Assembly: GCA_040217195.1 (NCBI GenBank)
Contig: JAVJNR010000002.1
Span: 96,001-160,000 of the forward strand
DNA from: Leptospiraceae bacterium
GTDB lineage: Bacteria; Spirochaetota; Leptospiria; Leptospirales; Leptonemataceae
Length of the DNA: 64,000 nucleotides
Direction: 5' to 3'
The position numbers were made by a program, and so were the translations under genes. This document shows positions 10,091 to 18,526 of this stretch, piece by piece. Each line of letters begins with the position of its first letter. Position 1 is the stretch's first letter. The notes beneath the pieces were generated by a model. The model was not told the DNA's origin. It was given only the letters and a program-made list of their open reading frames with translations, and searched no databases.

Positions 10091-10972
10091 ATGGGCTCCA
10101 AAAAATTCAGCCTTCCGAAGGCGTTCTTCAAAAAACCTATTCTCAAACGCTCTGCCGGACTCTGCCTTACTCTTCTTCTTGGTGCCACCGCTCTGTTTCC
10201 CGGGGCTGTTTGCATCACAGTGGATGAGGAGGGAAATCCTTTAGAAGAGCGCAACAAGAATGCCTACTGGAATCTTCAGAAACTACCGGAAGGTCCTTTC
10301 TGGTCCGACGAAGATAAGAAAATACCCTTCCTGGTTGTAGGCTTGCCATCCGATCTTCCCCAGCGTTATATCCTGGAAAAGGTTCCCCAGCCTGCCGATC
10401 AGGGTCGCCTGGCTGCAGGCACTGCTTATGCGGCAGGCTATCTATTAATGACTATGCGAGAAAGGAAAGAGGATCCAGATTACATCTGTTCCCCTGAATT
10501 CATCTACAATAGTCTCAATGGTGGAAAGAATGTGGGTCTGGAGATTTTAGAAGTCATGGAATTTCTAAAAGGTGTAGGCTGCGCAGACCGAAAGGATTTC
10601 TCCACGGTGGATGCATTCATTCGCCCAGGGCAGGAAGTTATCGCGGCTGCCCATCCGCATCGTATTGAGGGATTTGCACGGGTAGATCTGGCTCGTCCCA
10701 CACATATTATGGCTAACTTGCTTGAAGGTCGGCCGGTGATCGTAACGTTACAGGTAAGCGAAAATTTTCTGTCTCTGGACGAAATGGAATGGCAAAAACC
10801 GGAAGGTTTACCTGTGGGCAGGCATACCGTGGCTTTGATCGGATTTGATCGTACCGAGGATGTCTGGATCTTTCAAAACAGTGCCGGTGAATCCTGGGGA
10901 CATAATGGCCGCTTCAGTCTCCACAGACAATGGTTTAGCCGCCTGGCTACGCAAGGCTATGTAGCATGGTAG
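10091..10972 (+). CDS. Exported papain-like (C1 family) protein lacking the catalytic Cys
   Basis: 'DQGRLAAGTAY', 'SPEFIYN', 'GRHTVALIGFD', 'QNSAGESWGHNG'. Confidence 0.75.
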   Translation: MGSKKFSLPKAFFKKPILKRSAGLCLTLLLGATALFPGAVCITVDEEGNPLEERNKNAYWNLQKLPEGPFWSDEDKKIPFLVVGLPSDLPQRYILEKVPQPADQGRLAAGTAYAAGYLLMTMRERKEDPDYICSPEFIYNSLNGGKNVGLEILEVMEFLKGVGCADRKDFSTVDAFIRPGQEVIAAAHPHRIEGFARVDLARPTHIMANLLEGRPVIVTLQVSENFLSLDEMEWQKPEGLPVGRHTVALIGFDRTEDVWIFQNSAGESWGHNGRFSLHRQWFSRLATQGYVAW

Positions 10973-11142
10973 ACTTGACGTACGAACTGAAGTAGCGACT
11001 CTGACGCACTCGAATACGGTTAATGCGACAGAGTTAGAACTTAAGTCACTTAGATTCGAACCAAAAAGCATTTCGCATCGCTAAGTTTGCGATCCAGAGG
11101 TCTGTAGCCGCAGGCCGTATTCAGTCAAGAAATGAATTATCA

Positions 11143-11249
11143 GATTCGGTGGTAGCACTTCCGGATCAGGGTTGGCAGGCATTGCCTGCTTAACCCGGCA
11201 TACCCAGGAAAAGGTATGCGAATCGGAGCTGGGACTGAAGTCTCTCAGC
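11143..11249 (+). promoter_or_regulatory. Structured 5' leader of the pnt operon (candidate cis-regulatory RNA)
   Basis: GATTCG/CGAATC closes three hairpins; a fourth hairpin lies shortly before the RBS. Confidence 0.35.
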
Positions 11250-11276
11250 AAGACTCTACAAAGGCAGGTGGTGAAC

Positions 11277-12425
11277 TTGATACTAGGAGTACCTAAAGAG
11301 ATCATTGAAGGGGAGAAGCGGGTAGGTATTGTACCCGAAAGTCTTGCTAAGCTTTCCTCCCTTGGATTCGAAATTCGCGTGGAGAAAGATGCAGGTAAGG
11401 AAGCTGGCTTTCTCGATTCGGATTATGAAGCGCATGGTGCGAAGATCGTTTCAGGAGCGCAGGAGCTCTACTCTTCAGCAGATGTGATTGTAAAAGTCGA
11501 ACGCCCGGAACAACATCCGGAGGCTGGCAAACATGAACTTGAACTCATGAAAAAGGGAGCTGTGCTTGTATGCTTTATGGCTCCTTTGAACTATCCGGAG
11601 CTCTCCAGGAAAGCTGCTCAGGCAGGAGTGGACGTGCTGTCCATGAATGACATTCCGAGGATAACTCGTGCACAGAGAATGGATGCTTTGAGTTCTCAGA
11701 CGAATCTGGCCGGGTATAAAGCGGTGCTCATGGGAGCGAATGCTCTGCGTAAGATCTTTCCTCTATTGATGACAGCTGCCGGAACCATTAGTCCGGCAAG
11801 AGTTGTTATTCTGGGGGCCGGTGTAGCCGGTTTGCAGGCAATTGCTACTGCTCGTCGATTGGGAGCTGTTGTTGAAGTTAGTGATGTCCGGCCTGCTGTG
11901 AAGGAGCAGGTTGAATCCCTGGGTGGAAAGTACATCGAACCTCCTCAGGATGAAACCCTGGAGGGCGAAGGCGGTTATGCCAAGGAAGCATCCGAGGAAT
12001 ATCTACAGAAGCAACAGGAATTGCTGAAGAAGCATATTGCTGAAGCGGACGTTGTCATTACCACAGCCCAGGTTCCTGGAAAGAAAGCGCCGGTATTGAT
12101 CTCTGAAGAAACGGTAAAATCCATGAGGCCCGGTTCGGTGATTGTGGATATGGCGGCCGGCACGGGCGGTAACTGCGCCATTACAGAGGCAGGCAAAGAG
12201 GTGAGGAAACATGAGGTTACCATTATAGGCGAAACCAACATCATCTCACTTGTGGCTTTCAATGCCAGCCAGCTTTACTCCAGAAACGTACTGGCTTTGC
12301 TTCAATCACTGACCAAAGAGAATCAGGTGGTTCTGGATCTGGAAGATGAAATTGTAAAAGGCGCCCTGATAACCAGGGAGGGCCAGGTAATTCACGAGAA
12401 TACAAAGAAGCTGCTGGGCGAATAG
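11277..12425 (+). CDS. pntAa: NAD(P) transhydrogenase subunit alpha, part 1
   Basis: Probable TTG start giving 'MILGVPKE'; 'PRITRAQRMDALSSQ', 'GAGVAGLQA', 'GEGGYAKE'. Confidence 0.95.
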   Translation: MILGVPKEIIEGEKRVGIVPESLAKLSSLGFEIRVEKDAGKEAGFLDSDYEAHGAKIVSGAQELYSSADVIVKVERPEQHPEAGKHELELMKKGAVLVCFMAPLNYPELSRKAAQAGVDVLSMNDIPRITRAQRMDALSSQTNLAGYKAVLMGANALRKIFPLLMTAAGTISPARVVILGAGVAGLQAIATARRLGAVVEVSDVRPAVKEQVESLGGKYIEPPQDETLEGEGGYAKEASEEYLQKQQELLKKHIAEADVVITTAQVPGKKAPVLISEETVKSMRPGSVIVDMAAGTGGNCAITEAGKEVRKHEVTIIGETNIISLVAFNASQLYSRNVLALLQSLTKENQVVLDLEDEIVKGALITREGQVIHENTKKLLGE

Positions 12426-12442
12426 CAGCAAAGGGAGACTAC

Positions 12443-12766
12443 ATGGAAGCACATGAGCTTATTATGCTGATCACGGTGTTCGTACTGGCCGTGTTTCTGG
12501 GATTTGAATTAATATCAAGAGTACCCCCTACTCTGCACACTCCTTTGATGTCCGGAAGTAATGCCATTTCCGGGATCACTCTGGTAGGAGCAATGCTGAG
12601 TGCAGGCGCAGATGCCACCGGCTCTGTGCTATTTCAAATTGGATCCGTGGAGGTGAGTATCACTTCATTACTCGGATTTATGGCAGTGGTTTTTGCCACC
12701 ATTAACGTCATCGGTGGGTTTCTGGTTACGGACCGGATGCACCGGATGTTCAACAAAAGGAAATAA
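12443..12766 (+). CDS. pntAb: NAD(P) transhydrogenase subunit alpha, part 2
   Basis: 'VPPTLHTPLMSGSNAISG', 'INVIGGFLVTDRM'. Confidence 0.95.
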   Translation: MEAHELIMLITVFVLAVFLGFELISRVPPTLHTPLMSGSNAISGITLVGAMLSAGADATGSVLFQIGSVEVSITSLLGFMAVVFATINVIGGFLVTDRMHRMFNKRK

Positions 12767-12781
12767 GGGGACGTACACGGA

Positions 12782-14230
12782 ATGCATCGAGAGGACATAC
12801 TCATAATAGCATATCTGATATCGTCTGTATTATTTATTGTCGGTATCAAGAATCTTTCAGCCGTGAAGACGGCCCGTCGCGGGAATCTCCTGGCGGCCCT
12901 GGGCATGCTTCTAGCTGTTGTTGTAACCCTGTGGGATCAGAAGATCATCGGGTTTGAATTGATCATCGCAGGGGTGATCCTGGGCTCATTGATAGGCGCT
13001 GTAATGGCTGTGAAAGTCGCCATGACCGGAATGCCTCAAATGGTAGCTCTATTGAATGGATTTGGAGGCGCCGCATCTTTGCTGGTAGCCAACGCCGAAT
13101 TCTTCCATGAAATGCACAGACAGGGGCCGGCCAACTACGATCCGGCCATCGCTACCGCGGTGAGCATTGTGCTTTCAGTGCTGATTGGAGGGGTGACCTT
13201 CACTGGATCACTGATCGCTTTTGGAAAGCTCCAGGGGCTGGTTACAGAGAAATCGGTAATGTTTCCGCTGCAGCATGCTTTGAATGCTCTGCTGATTCTA
13301 ATCGCTTTCACTCTGGGCATTTTTATGGCCATGGGCAACGATGGAGTAAGCGTTCTTCAGTCCATCGGCCTGGGCTTCTTTGACCTGGACGTTCTGGCCT
13401 ATACCATTGCAGGTATCGCACTCTTTCTGGGCATACTTCTGGTAATCCCGATTGGTGGAGCGGATATGCCAGTAGTGATTTCACTGCTTAACTCTTATTC
13501 TGGTATCGCAGCGGCTACCACAGGATTCGTTCTGGGTAATACAGTGCTCATCATTACCGGTTCTCTGGTTGGCGCTTCGGGAATTATTCTAACGCAAATC
13601 ATGTGTAAGAGTATGAACCGCTCGTTGATCAACGTATTGCTGGGAGGATTCGGCCAGACTCCAACAGCTGCGGCCGGCGAAGCCAAAGAGATTACGATCA
13701 AAGAGATTGGTGTGGAAGAAGCAGCCATGGTTTTTGAATCAGCACGAAACGTAGTTATCGTGCCTGGATATGGTATGGCCGTGGCTCAGGCTCAACACGT
13801 AGTTCGTGAGCTATCCGAGCTGTTGGAGAAGCATGGATCGAAAGTTCGTTTTGCAATCCATCCTGTAGCAGGTCGGATGCCTGGACATATGAACGTCCTG
13901 CTGGCAGAAGCCAATGTTCCATATGAGAAGCTTCTGGAAATGGATCAGATCAACGATGATTTTTCCAATACGGATCTGGCGCTGGTTATTGGTGCTAACG
14001 ATGTAACCAATCCCGCAGCCAGACACAACGAAGCCAGCCCCATATATGGCATGCCCATTTTGAATGTAGATAAGGCTCAGACCGTCGTTGTGATCAAGCG
14101 ATCCATGCGTTCCGGCTATGCAGGCATCGACAATGAGCTGTACGGCTACGATAATTGTCTGATGTATTTCGGAGATGCAAAAGAAGCAATCTCCAAGTTG
14201 ATTGCTGAAATCAAAGCAAACATTTCCTGA
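12782..14230 (+). CDS. pntB: NAD(P) transhydrogenase subunit beta
   Basis: 'GGADMPVVISLLNSYSG', 'PGYGMAVAQAQH', 'HPVAGRMPGHMNVLLAEA'. Confidence 0.97.
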   Translation: MHREDILIIAYLISSVLFIVGIKNLSAVKTARRGNLLAALGMLLAVVVTLWDQKIIGFELIIAGVILGSLIGAVMAVKVAMTGMPQMVALLNGFGGAASLLVANAEFFHEMHRQGPANYDPAIATAVSIVLSVLIGGVTFTGSLIAFGKLQGLVTEKSVMFPLQHALNALLILIAFTLGIFMAMGNDGVSVLQSIGLGFFDLDVLAYTIAGIALFLGILLVIPIGGADMPVVISLLNSYSGIAAATTGFVLGNTVLIITGSLVGASGIILTQIMCKSMNRSLINVLLGGFGQTPTAAAGEAKEITIKEIGVEEAAMVFESARNVVIVPGYGMAVAQAQHVVRELSELLEKHGSKVRFAIHPVAGRMPGHMNVLLAEANVPYEKLLEMDQINDDFSNTDLALVIGANDVTNPAARHNEASPIYGMPILNVDKAQTVVVIKRSMRSGYAGIDNELYGYDNCLMYFGDAKEAISKLIAEIKANIS

Positions 14231-14251
14231 TTCATCATATTCTTCAGGAAG

Positions 14252-14282
14252 AAGGCGGGCTGCAGGGCTCGCCTTTTTTTTT
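14252..14282 (+). terminator. Rho-independent terminator of the pnt operon
   Basis: AAGGCGGGC-tgcagg-GCTCGCCTT stem followed by a long T run, ~20 nt after the pntB stop. Confidence 0.85.
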
Positions 14283-14289
14283 GCATTGA

Positions 14290-15200
14290 GAATTGTGTAG
14301 ATGGCCCGGAATGCAAATGCAGTTGCCGGGCGATGTTCTTTCCGGATTAGAGAAGCAGACCAACCGGGTAAAGGCGCTGAGCGAGCAGACCAGTATGCTG
14401 GTTCGAGATCCGAGAATCGAAGAGGACCGGGTCGGCCAAGATTTGGATTTGCAGAGGAATCCATTACAAACCAGAATCAAAACGGCACCTGGAGTTTCTC
14501 TGGCGAAGAAGAACGAAACATCTAAAATGGATGGCGGATGTGGCTCGGACGGTCTGCAACGCAAAGATCTCTGAGTTCCCGTAGCTCGATCATTCCAGGT
14601 GTACTATGGCACTATGGATCTCTAGAGCTGTAGTGCATTCAGAAGATCAAAATAGGGCACCTGATACCATGGACGATTCTCATCGTAGGATGCAATGTAT
14701 TGCCCGAGAGATCGCAGAAGCAATCGAGGAAGGGCGGAGCTCTGAGGTGCCCGGTAAGAGGGAGAACCGGGTCGACTGTTTCAAGAGATTGCAGAAAGCT
14801 TCGCCGAGTACGAGCGCTACTCAGAAAGGGCCGTACTGACCTATCTAGCATTTCAAAGAAATTGAATGCGATACTGAAATGAAAGCCCCTGCCTACACGG
14901 GGGCGGAAGTTGAACTGAAAATCGAATGGGAACCCAAATTGAATCCGTAGCCTTCAGGGAACTGAAAGGGGAAAGCGAAATTATTGAGACAAGCGATTAC
15001 GATAACGATACCGGTAGCGGAAATGAAAACTCGGGCTATGACTATAGCCGCAGCCGATGGTTCCGGTGAACCTGAAGGGAGTTCTCAGTCCAGGCCCGGT
15101 TCAGTGTTATCGAGAGAAACGGATACTGTGACAATGAAAGAAACGGCCTGTGCGAGCAGGCCGGTCTTAGGATGGCGCGGAACTGTCAGAGCACTGTCCG
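14290..15200 (+). ncRNA. Candidate large (~900 nt) highly structured non-coding RNA of unknown family
   Basis: No credible ORF. More than 15 hairpins by eye; long-range helices 14486-14493/14594-14601, 14655-14662/14745-14752 and 14911-14917/15097-15103; GNRA loops; six TGAAA motifs. G-U wobbles favour the + strand. Boundaries approximate. Confidence 0.5.
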
Positions 15201-15209
15201 GCAATGATA

Positions 15210-15968
15210 TCAGGCAGATTCCGGATACGACAGTTTAAGCTTTCGGCTCAGAATCCAGGAGTCTCCGGACTTTATCTCATAAATGTATTCGGACAGCTGA
15301 CCTTTAGCGTTGTATATATGACGGCATCTTTCTGTACCCGAGGGAGTGGAACGAAGTCTCTCTACCAGTTTGCCAGTCTTATCATATTTGAAGCTGATGT
15401 TTGCCAGAGTTTCACCGGTGGATGCCGTGAACATTACCTGTGTAATATTTCGACCGTTTAATTCAATGGCTATGGCATCACGAGTGTCGGAGCTGACCTC
15501 CACTCCGGTAATTTGGCCTGGACTGTATTTGAATGAATGCAGCAGCGCTCGTTCACCTTTTTCATCCATGTAGGCTATGGACTTCAATCGATCCTGGTAA
15601 TACTCACGAACTTCGGAGGAAATTAGTTCTCCCTTGTTGTTGTAGAGCTTTTGCGTGATTGGTCGGCCTGCCTCATATTCGTAGACGGACTTCCCTTTAT
15701 TGGAGCCGGAAGCATCATAAAAAATCTCTTCCACCAGTCGCCCTCGCTGGTCGTATTTCAGTACCGCTTTTTCTGTTTCCGCACCTTTCTCGTCTATAGC
15801 GGTGATGGTGGATGGGCCGGTGAGTCCATCTTGCATGATGTAAGGTGCCAGCGGTGACCACCGGGCCGGGTTATAGGAGGCACTGGCCTCCGTGTTGGCT
15901 CCTGCAGGAATTCCGTGTAGAGTAAGGAGCATTGCTCCGATTGTTAATGCGAATAGGGTCCGTTTCAT
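15210..15968 (-). CDS. Exported protein with YD/RHS-like beta repeats
   Basis: Signal peptide; repeated 'YDQRGRL', 'YDKTGKL', 'YNAKGQL'. Confidence 0.7.
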   Translation of the reverse strand: MKRTLFALTIGAMLLTLHGIPAGANTEASASYNPARWSPLAPYIMQDGLTGPSTITAIDEKGAETEKAVLKYDQRGRLVEEIFYDASGSNKGKSVYEYEAGRPITQKLYNNKGELISSEVREYYQDRLKSIAYMDEKGERALLHSFKYSPGQITGVEVSSDTRDAIAIELNGRNITQVMFTASTGETLANISFKYDKTGKLVERLRSTPSGTERCRHIYNAKGQLSEYIYEIKSGDSWILSRKLKLSYPESA

Positions 15969-16057
15969 TGATGCCTCGTTGATTAAGTTATATATCGGCG
16001 GAATCGGAATCGGGTTAATGGCAAAATGAAAAATCGAAGGATGGTAATCAGCTGGAT

Positions 16058-16762
16058 ATGACTGAAGAGGAGTTGAAGGAGAAATTGCCCGGCAGTGGAT
16101 TCGAATCTGCGCGAGTGAAATGGTATTTGGATTTTCTGGTAAACTACAACGAACGGGGAGGATTCTTTTCTAGAAAGGATGGGGAAAGAATCTTTGACAG
16201 ACATCTGCTGGAAAGTGCAATGTTTGTGGAACGAGTCAGGAATTATGTCTCTGTTTCACGTGAAACAACAGTGCTGGATGCTGGCTCCGGTCCAGGCTTA
16301 CCGGGATTTCTTTTTGCCTGTCTAACCGAAGCTCCCCGATTAACGCTGAATGACTCCAGTCGAAGGAGACTAGGATTACTGGCGGATGAGCTTTCCGAGA
16401 GCCCACTGGATTTCCCTTCTGTCCGCTTCGACTATTCCAGGTTGGAGGAGCTGAAAGGAAGCTTCGGCCTGATTGTAAGTCGAGCCTTGATTCCTTTCCC
16501 TTCTGTTTTACGACTCATAGCTCATCTTCAAAAACCCGGATCAGTGTATGCGGGATTCTTCAGTCCAATGGATATGGAACCGTTCGCTACGGTCATTCGA
16601 GATTGCGGCTATTCCGTATCAGGGCGGGAAACATTCATGACAGCCACCGAATCCATCGAAAGGCAGATCACATACTTTCGGAAAGAGAAAGTGGTCAGAC
16701 AGGGAAAACCGTTTGCATGGAAATTCATACGCGCCGAGATGAGCCAATGGCAGAAATCATAG
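16058..16762 (+). CDS. rsmG: 16S rRNA m7G527 methyltransferase RsmG (GidB), divergent copy
   Basis: 'RHLLES', 'LDAGSGPGLPG', 'VSRAL'; directly upstream of parA-parB. Confidence 0.8.
   Translation: MTEEELKEKLPGSGFESARVKWYLDFLVNYNERGGFFSRKDGERIFDRHLLESAMFVERVRNYVSVSRETTVLDAGSGPGLPGFLFACLTEAPRLTLNDSSRRRLGLLADELSESPLDFPSVRFDYSRLEELKGSFGLIVSRALIPFPSVLRLIAHLQKPGSVYAGFFSPMDMEPFATVIRDCGYSVSGRETFMTATESIERQITYFRKEKVVRQGKPFAWKFIRAEMSQWQKS
16252..16267. promoter_or_regulatory. parS centromere site
   Basis: Perfect palindrome TGTTTCACGTGAAACA matching the canonical parS consensus, ~480 bp upstream of parA. Confidence 0.92.
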
Positions 16763-17508
16763 CAGTAGCAAATCAGAAAGGTGGGGTCGGCAAAACCACC
16801 ACCACAATCAATCTTGCCGCTTTCCTGGGAAAGATGGGACAACAGGTGCTTATAGTGGATGTGGATCCCCAGGGAAATGCAAGCTCCGGGCTGGGGCTGG
16901 ACATCCATAAAATTGAGAAAACAACCTATGAAGTCTTTCTGGAAGAAGTATCGCTGGCAGAGGCAGTGCTGCGAACGGAGACCAAGAATGTATCCGTAGT
17001 TCCAGCCAATGTGAATCTTTCTGGAATTGAAATGGACCTTCTGCAGATGGAGGCCAGGGAATACAAACTTCAGGCTTCCCTGAAGCAAGTTGCCCTGAAT
17101 TACGACTGGGTATTCATCGATTGTCCTCCCAACCTGGGCATTCTGACATTGAATGCTCTTTGCGCTGCGGATGGAGTAATGATTCCGTTGCAAACCGAGT
17201 ACTATGCTCTGGAAGGTCTGACTCAACTTATGCGAGTCATTGGTCTGGTGCAGCAATCTCTGAACCCCTCCCTGGAATTAAAGGGTGTGGTCCTCACCAT
17301 GTACGATCAAAGAACGTCTTTAGCTCACCAGGTTGTAGACGATGTAAAACAACACTTCGGAGATAAGGTGTTCTCTGCTGTGGTTCCAAGGAATGTAAAA
17401 CTATCCGAGGCGCCATCGTTCGGAAAAAGTATTCTGGATTATGCACCGGACAGCGCCGGAGCTCGAGCGTATGAACAACTGGCGAATGAGGTAATGAAGA
17501 ATGGCTAA
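16747..17508 (+). CDS. parA: Chromosome partitioning ATPase ParA/Soj
   Basis: 'ANQKGGVGKTTT', 'DVDPQGNAS', 'IDCPP', 'PRNVKLSEAPSFG'; start ATG 16747. Confidence 0.96.
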   Translation: MAEIIAVANQKGGVGKTTTTINLAAFLGKMGQQVLIVDVDPQGNASSGLGLDIHKIEKTTYEVFLEEVSLAEAVLRTETKNVSVVPANVNLSGIEMDLLQMEAREYKLQASLKQVALNYDWVFIDCPPNLGILTLNALCAADGVMIPLQTEYYALEGLTQLMRVIGLVQQSLNPSLELKGVVLTMYDQRTSLAHQVVDDVKQHFGDKVFSAVVPRNVKLSEAPSFGKSILDYAPDSAGARAYEQLANEVMKNG

Positions 17509-18379
17509 GAAAAGTGGCCTGGGTCGGGGCCTATCCAATTTGATTCCCGGCGCATCTGGCGCCGCGGCTCCGGCCGCCACAGAAGGACATCCTGATTACC
17601 AGGAAATAGCGATCGATTTAATAACACCCAATCCCGATCAGCCTAGAAAGAAGTTCCGCGATCAAGAGATAGAAGAGCTGGCCGCCACGCTTTTATCCGT
17701 GGGTCTAATTGAGCCTATTGTAGTTCGACGCAAGAATGATGGATTTGAAATCATTTCCGGTGAACGCCGATGGAGGGCAGCATCCCAGGCCGGATTTCGA
17801 AAGATACCGGCCGTAATCAAGCAGGTCAATGAGAGCCAGGCACTGGAGATGGCCATCATTGAAAATGTTCAGCGCGAGGATCTAACGGTGATTGAAGAGG
17901 CCAGAGCCTACGAAGCGCTCATGAATCTCAGTGGTTCCAGGGCTGCAGATGTGGCGAAGAAAGTCGGAAAGGATAGAGCTACAATCACCAACCTCATCCG
18001 ATTGCTAAAACTACCCGAAGAGGTGCTAAATCTGATTGAGGATCGGAAGCTAAGCGGGGGAGCCGCGCGACCTTTGCTCTCTCTGGGCGATAAGAAAGCT
18101 ATCCTTAAACTGGCTCGGAAGATTGTTCAGGAAGGTTGGTCAGCCAGAAAGGTTGAAGAAGAAGTAGCTCGAATGATGGAGCCGGTGGCAGGCAGTGGAA
18201 AATCTGCTGGCGGCCAGAAGGATGCCTCCACAAGAAAACTGGAAGAGCGACTCAGGGCTCGCTTTACTGCAAAAGCAGAAGTGAAGCATAAAAAGAATGG
18301 TTCCGGTCAGGTCACTCTGCACTACGCAAACCTGGACGATCTGGATCGTCTTCTGGAAATGTTAGGAATTAAGAAATAG
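17501..18379 (+). CDS. parB: Chromosome partitioning protein ParB/Spo0J
   Basis: 'GLGRGL', 'PNPDQPRK', 'ISGERRWRA', 'ENVQREDL'. Confidence 0.96.
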   Translation: MAKKSGLGRGLSNLIPGASGAAAPAATEGHPDYQEIAIDLITPNPDQPRKKFRDQEIEELAATLLSVGLIEPIVVRRKNDGFEIISGERRWRAASQAGFRKIPAVIKQVNESQALEMAIIENVQREDLTVIEEARAYEALMNLSGSRAADVAKKVGKDRATITNLIRLLKLPEEVLNLIEDRKLSGGAARPLLSLGDKKAILKLARKIVQEGWSARKVEEEVARMMEPVAGSGKSAGGQKDASTRKLEERLRARFTAKAEVKHKKNGSGQVTLHYANLDDLDRLLEMLGIKK

Positions 18380-18454
18380 AAAACGGAAGTCGGAGCAGTT
18401 CAGCTCCCGGGAAAATCATGGATTGTGAATTGAAGCTAAATAGGTTCAATCAAG

Positions 18455-18492
18455 GCTCCCGGACTTTGCCCTGAAGTTGAAACTCCGGGAGC
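18455..18492. terminator. Inverted repeat between convergent genes (possible terminator)
   Basis: GCTCCCGGA...TCCGGGAGC 9-bp stem; no clear U tract. Confidence 0.4.
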
Positions 18493-18526
18493 TAATTAGA
18501 ATCAATAACAAGCATCCGACTCTGGT

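Noticed and set aside
14290..15200. RNase P RNA, tmRNA, rRNA fragment or group I/II intron
   Set aside because: No GAGGAAAGTCC / ACAGAA..CGGCTTA (RNase P), no tRNA-like ends with CCA (tmRNA), no group II domain V or group I P7 consensus, and no interrupted host gene. GAACGAAACATCTAA resembles 23S rRNA only locally.
14244..15238. Short ORFs (60-106 aa) in the pntB downstream gap
   Set aside because: They overlap in several frames, lack convincing RBSs or motifs and have atypical composition.
15210..15968. RHS toxin system
   Set aside because: Only a short exported YD-like protein; no RHS core motif, toxin tip or immunity gene.
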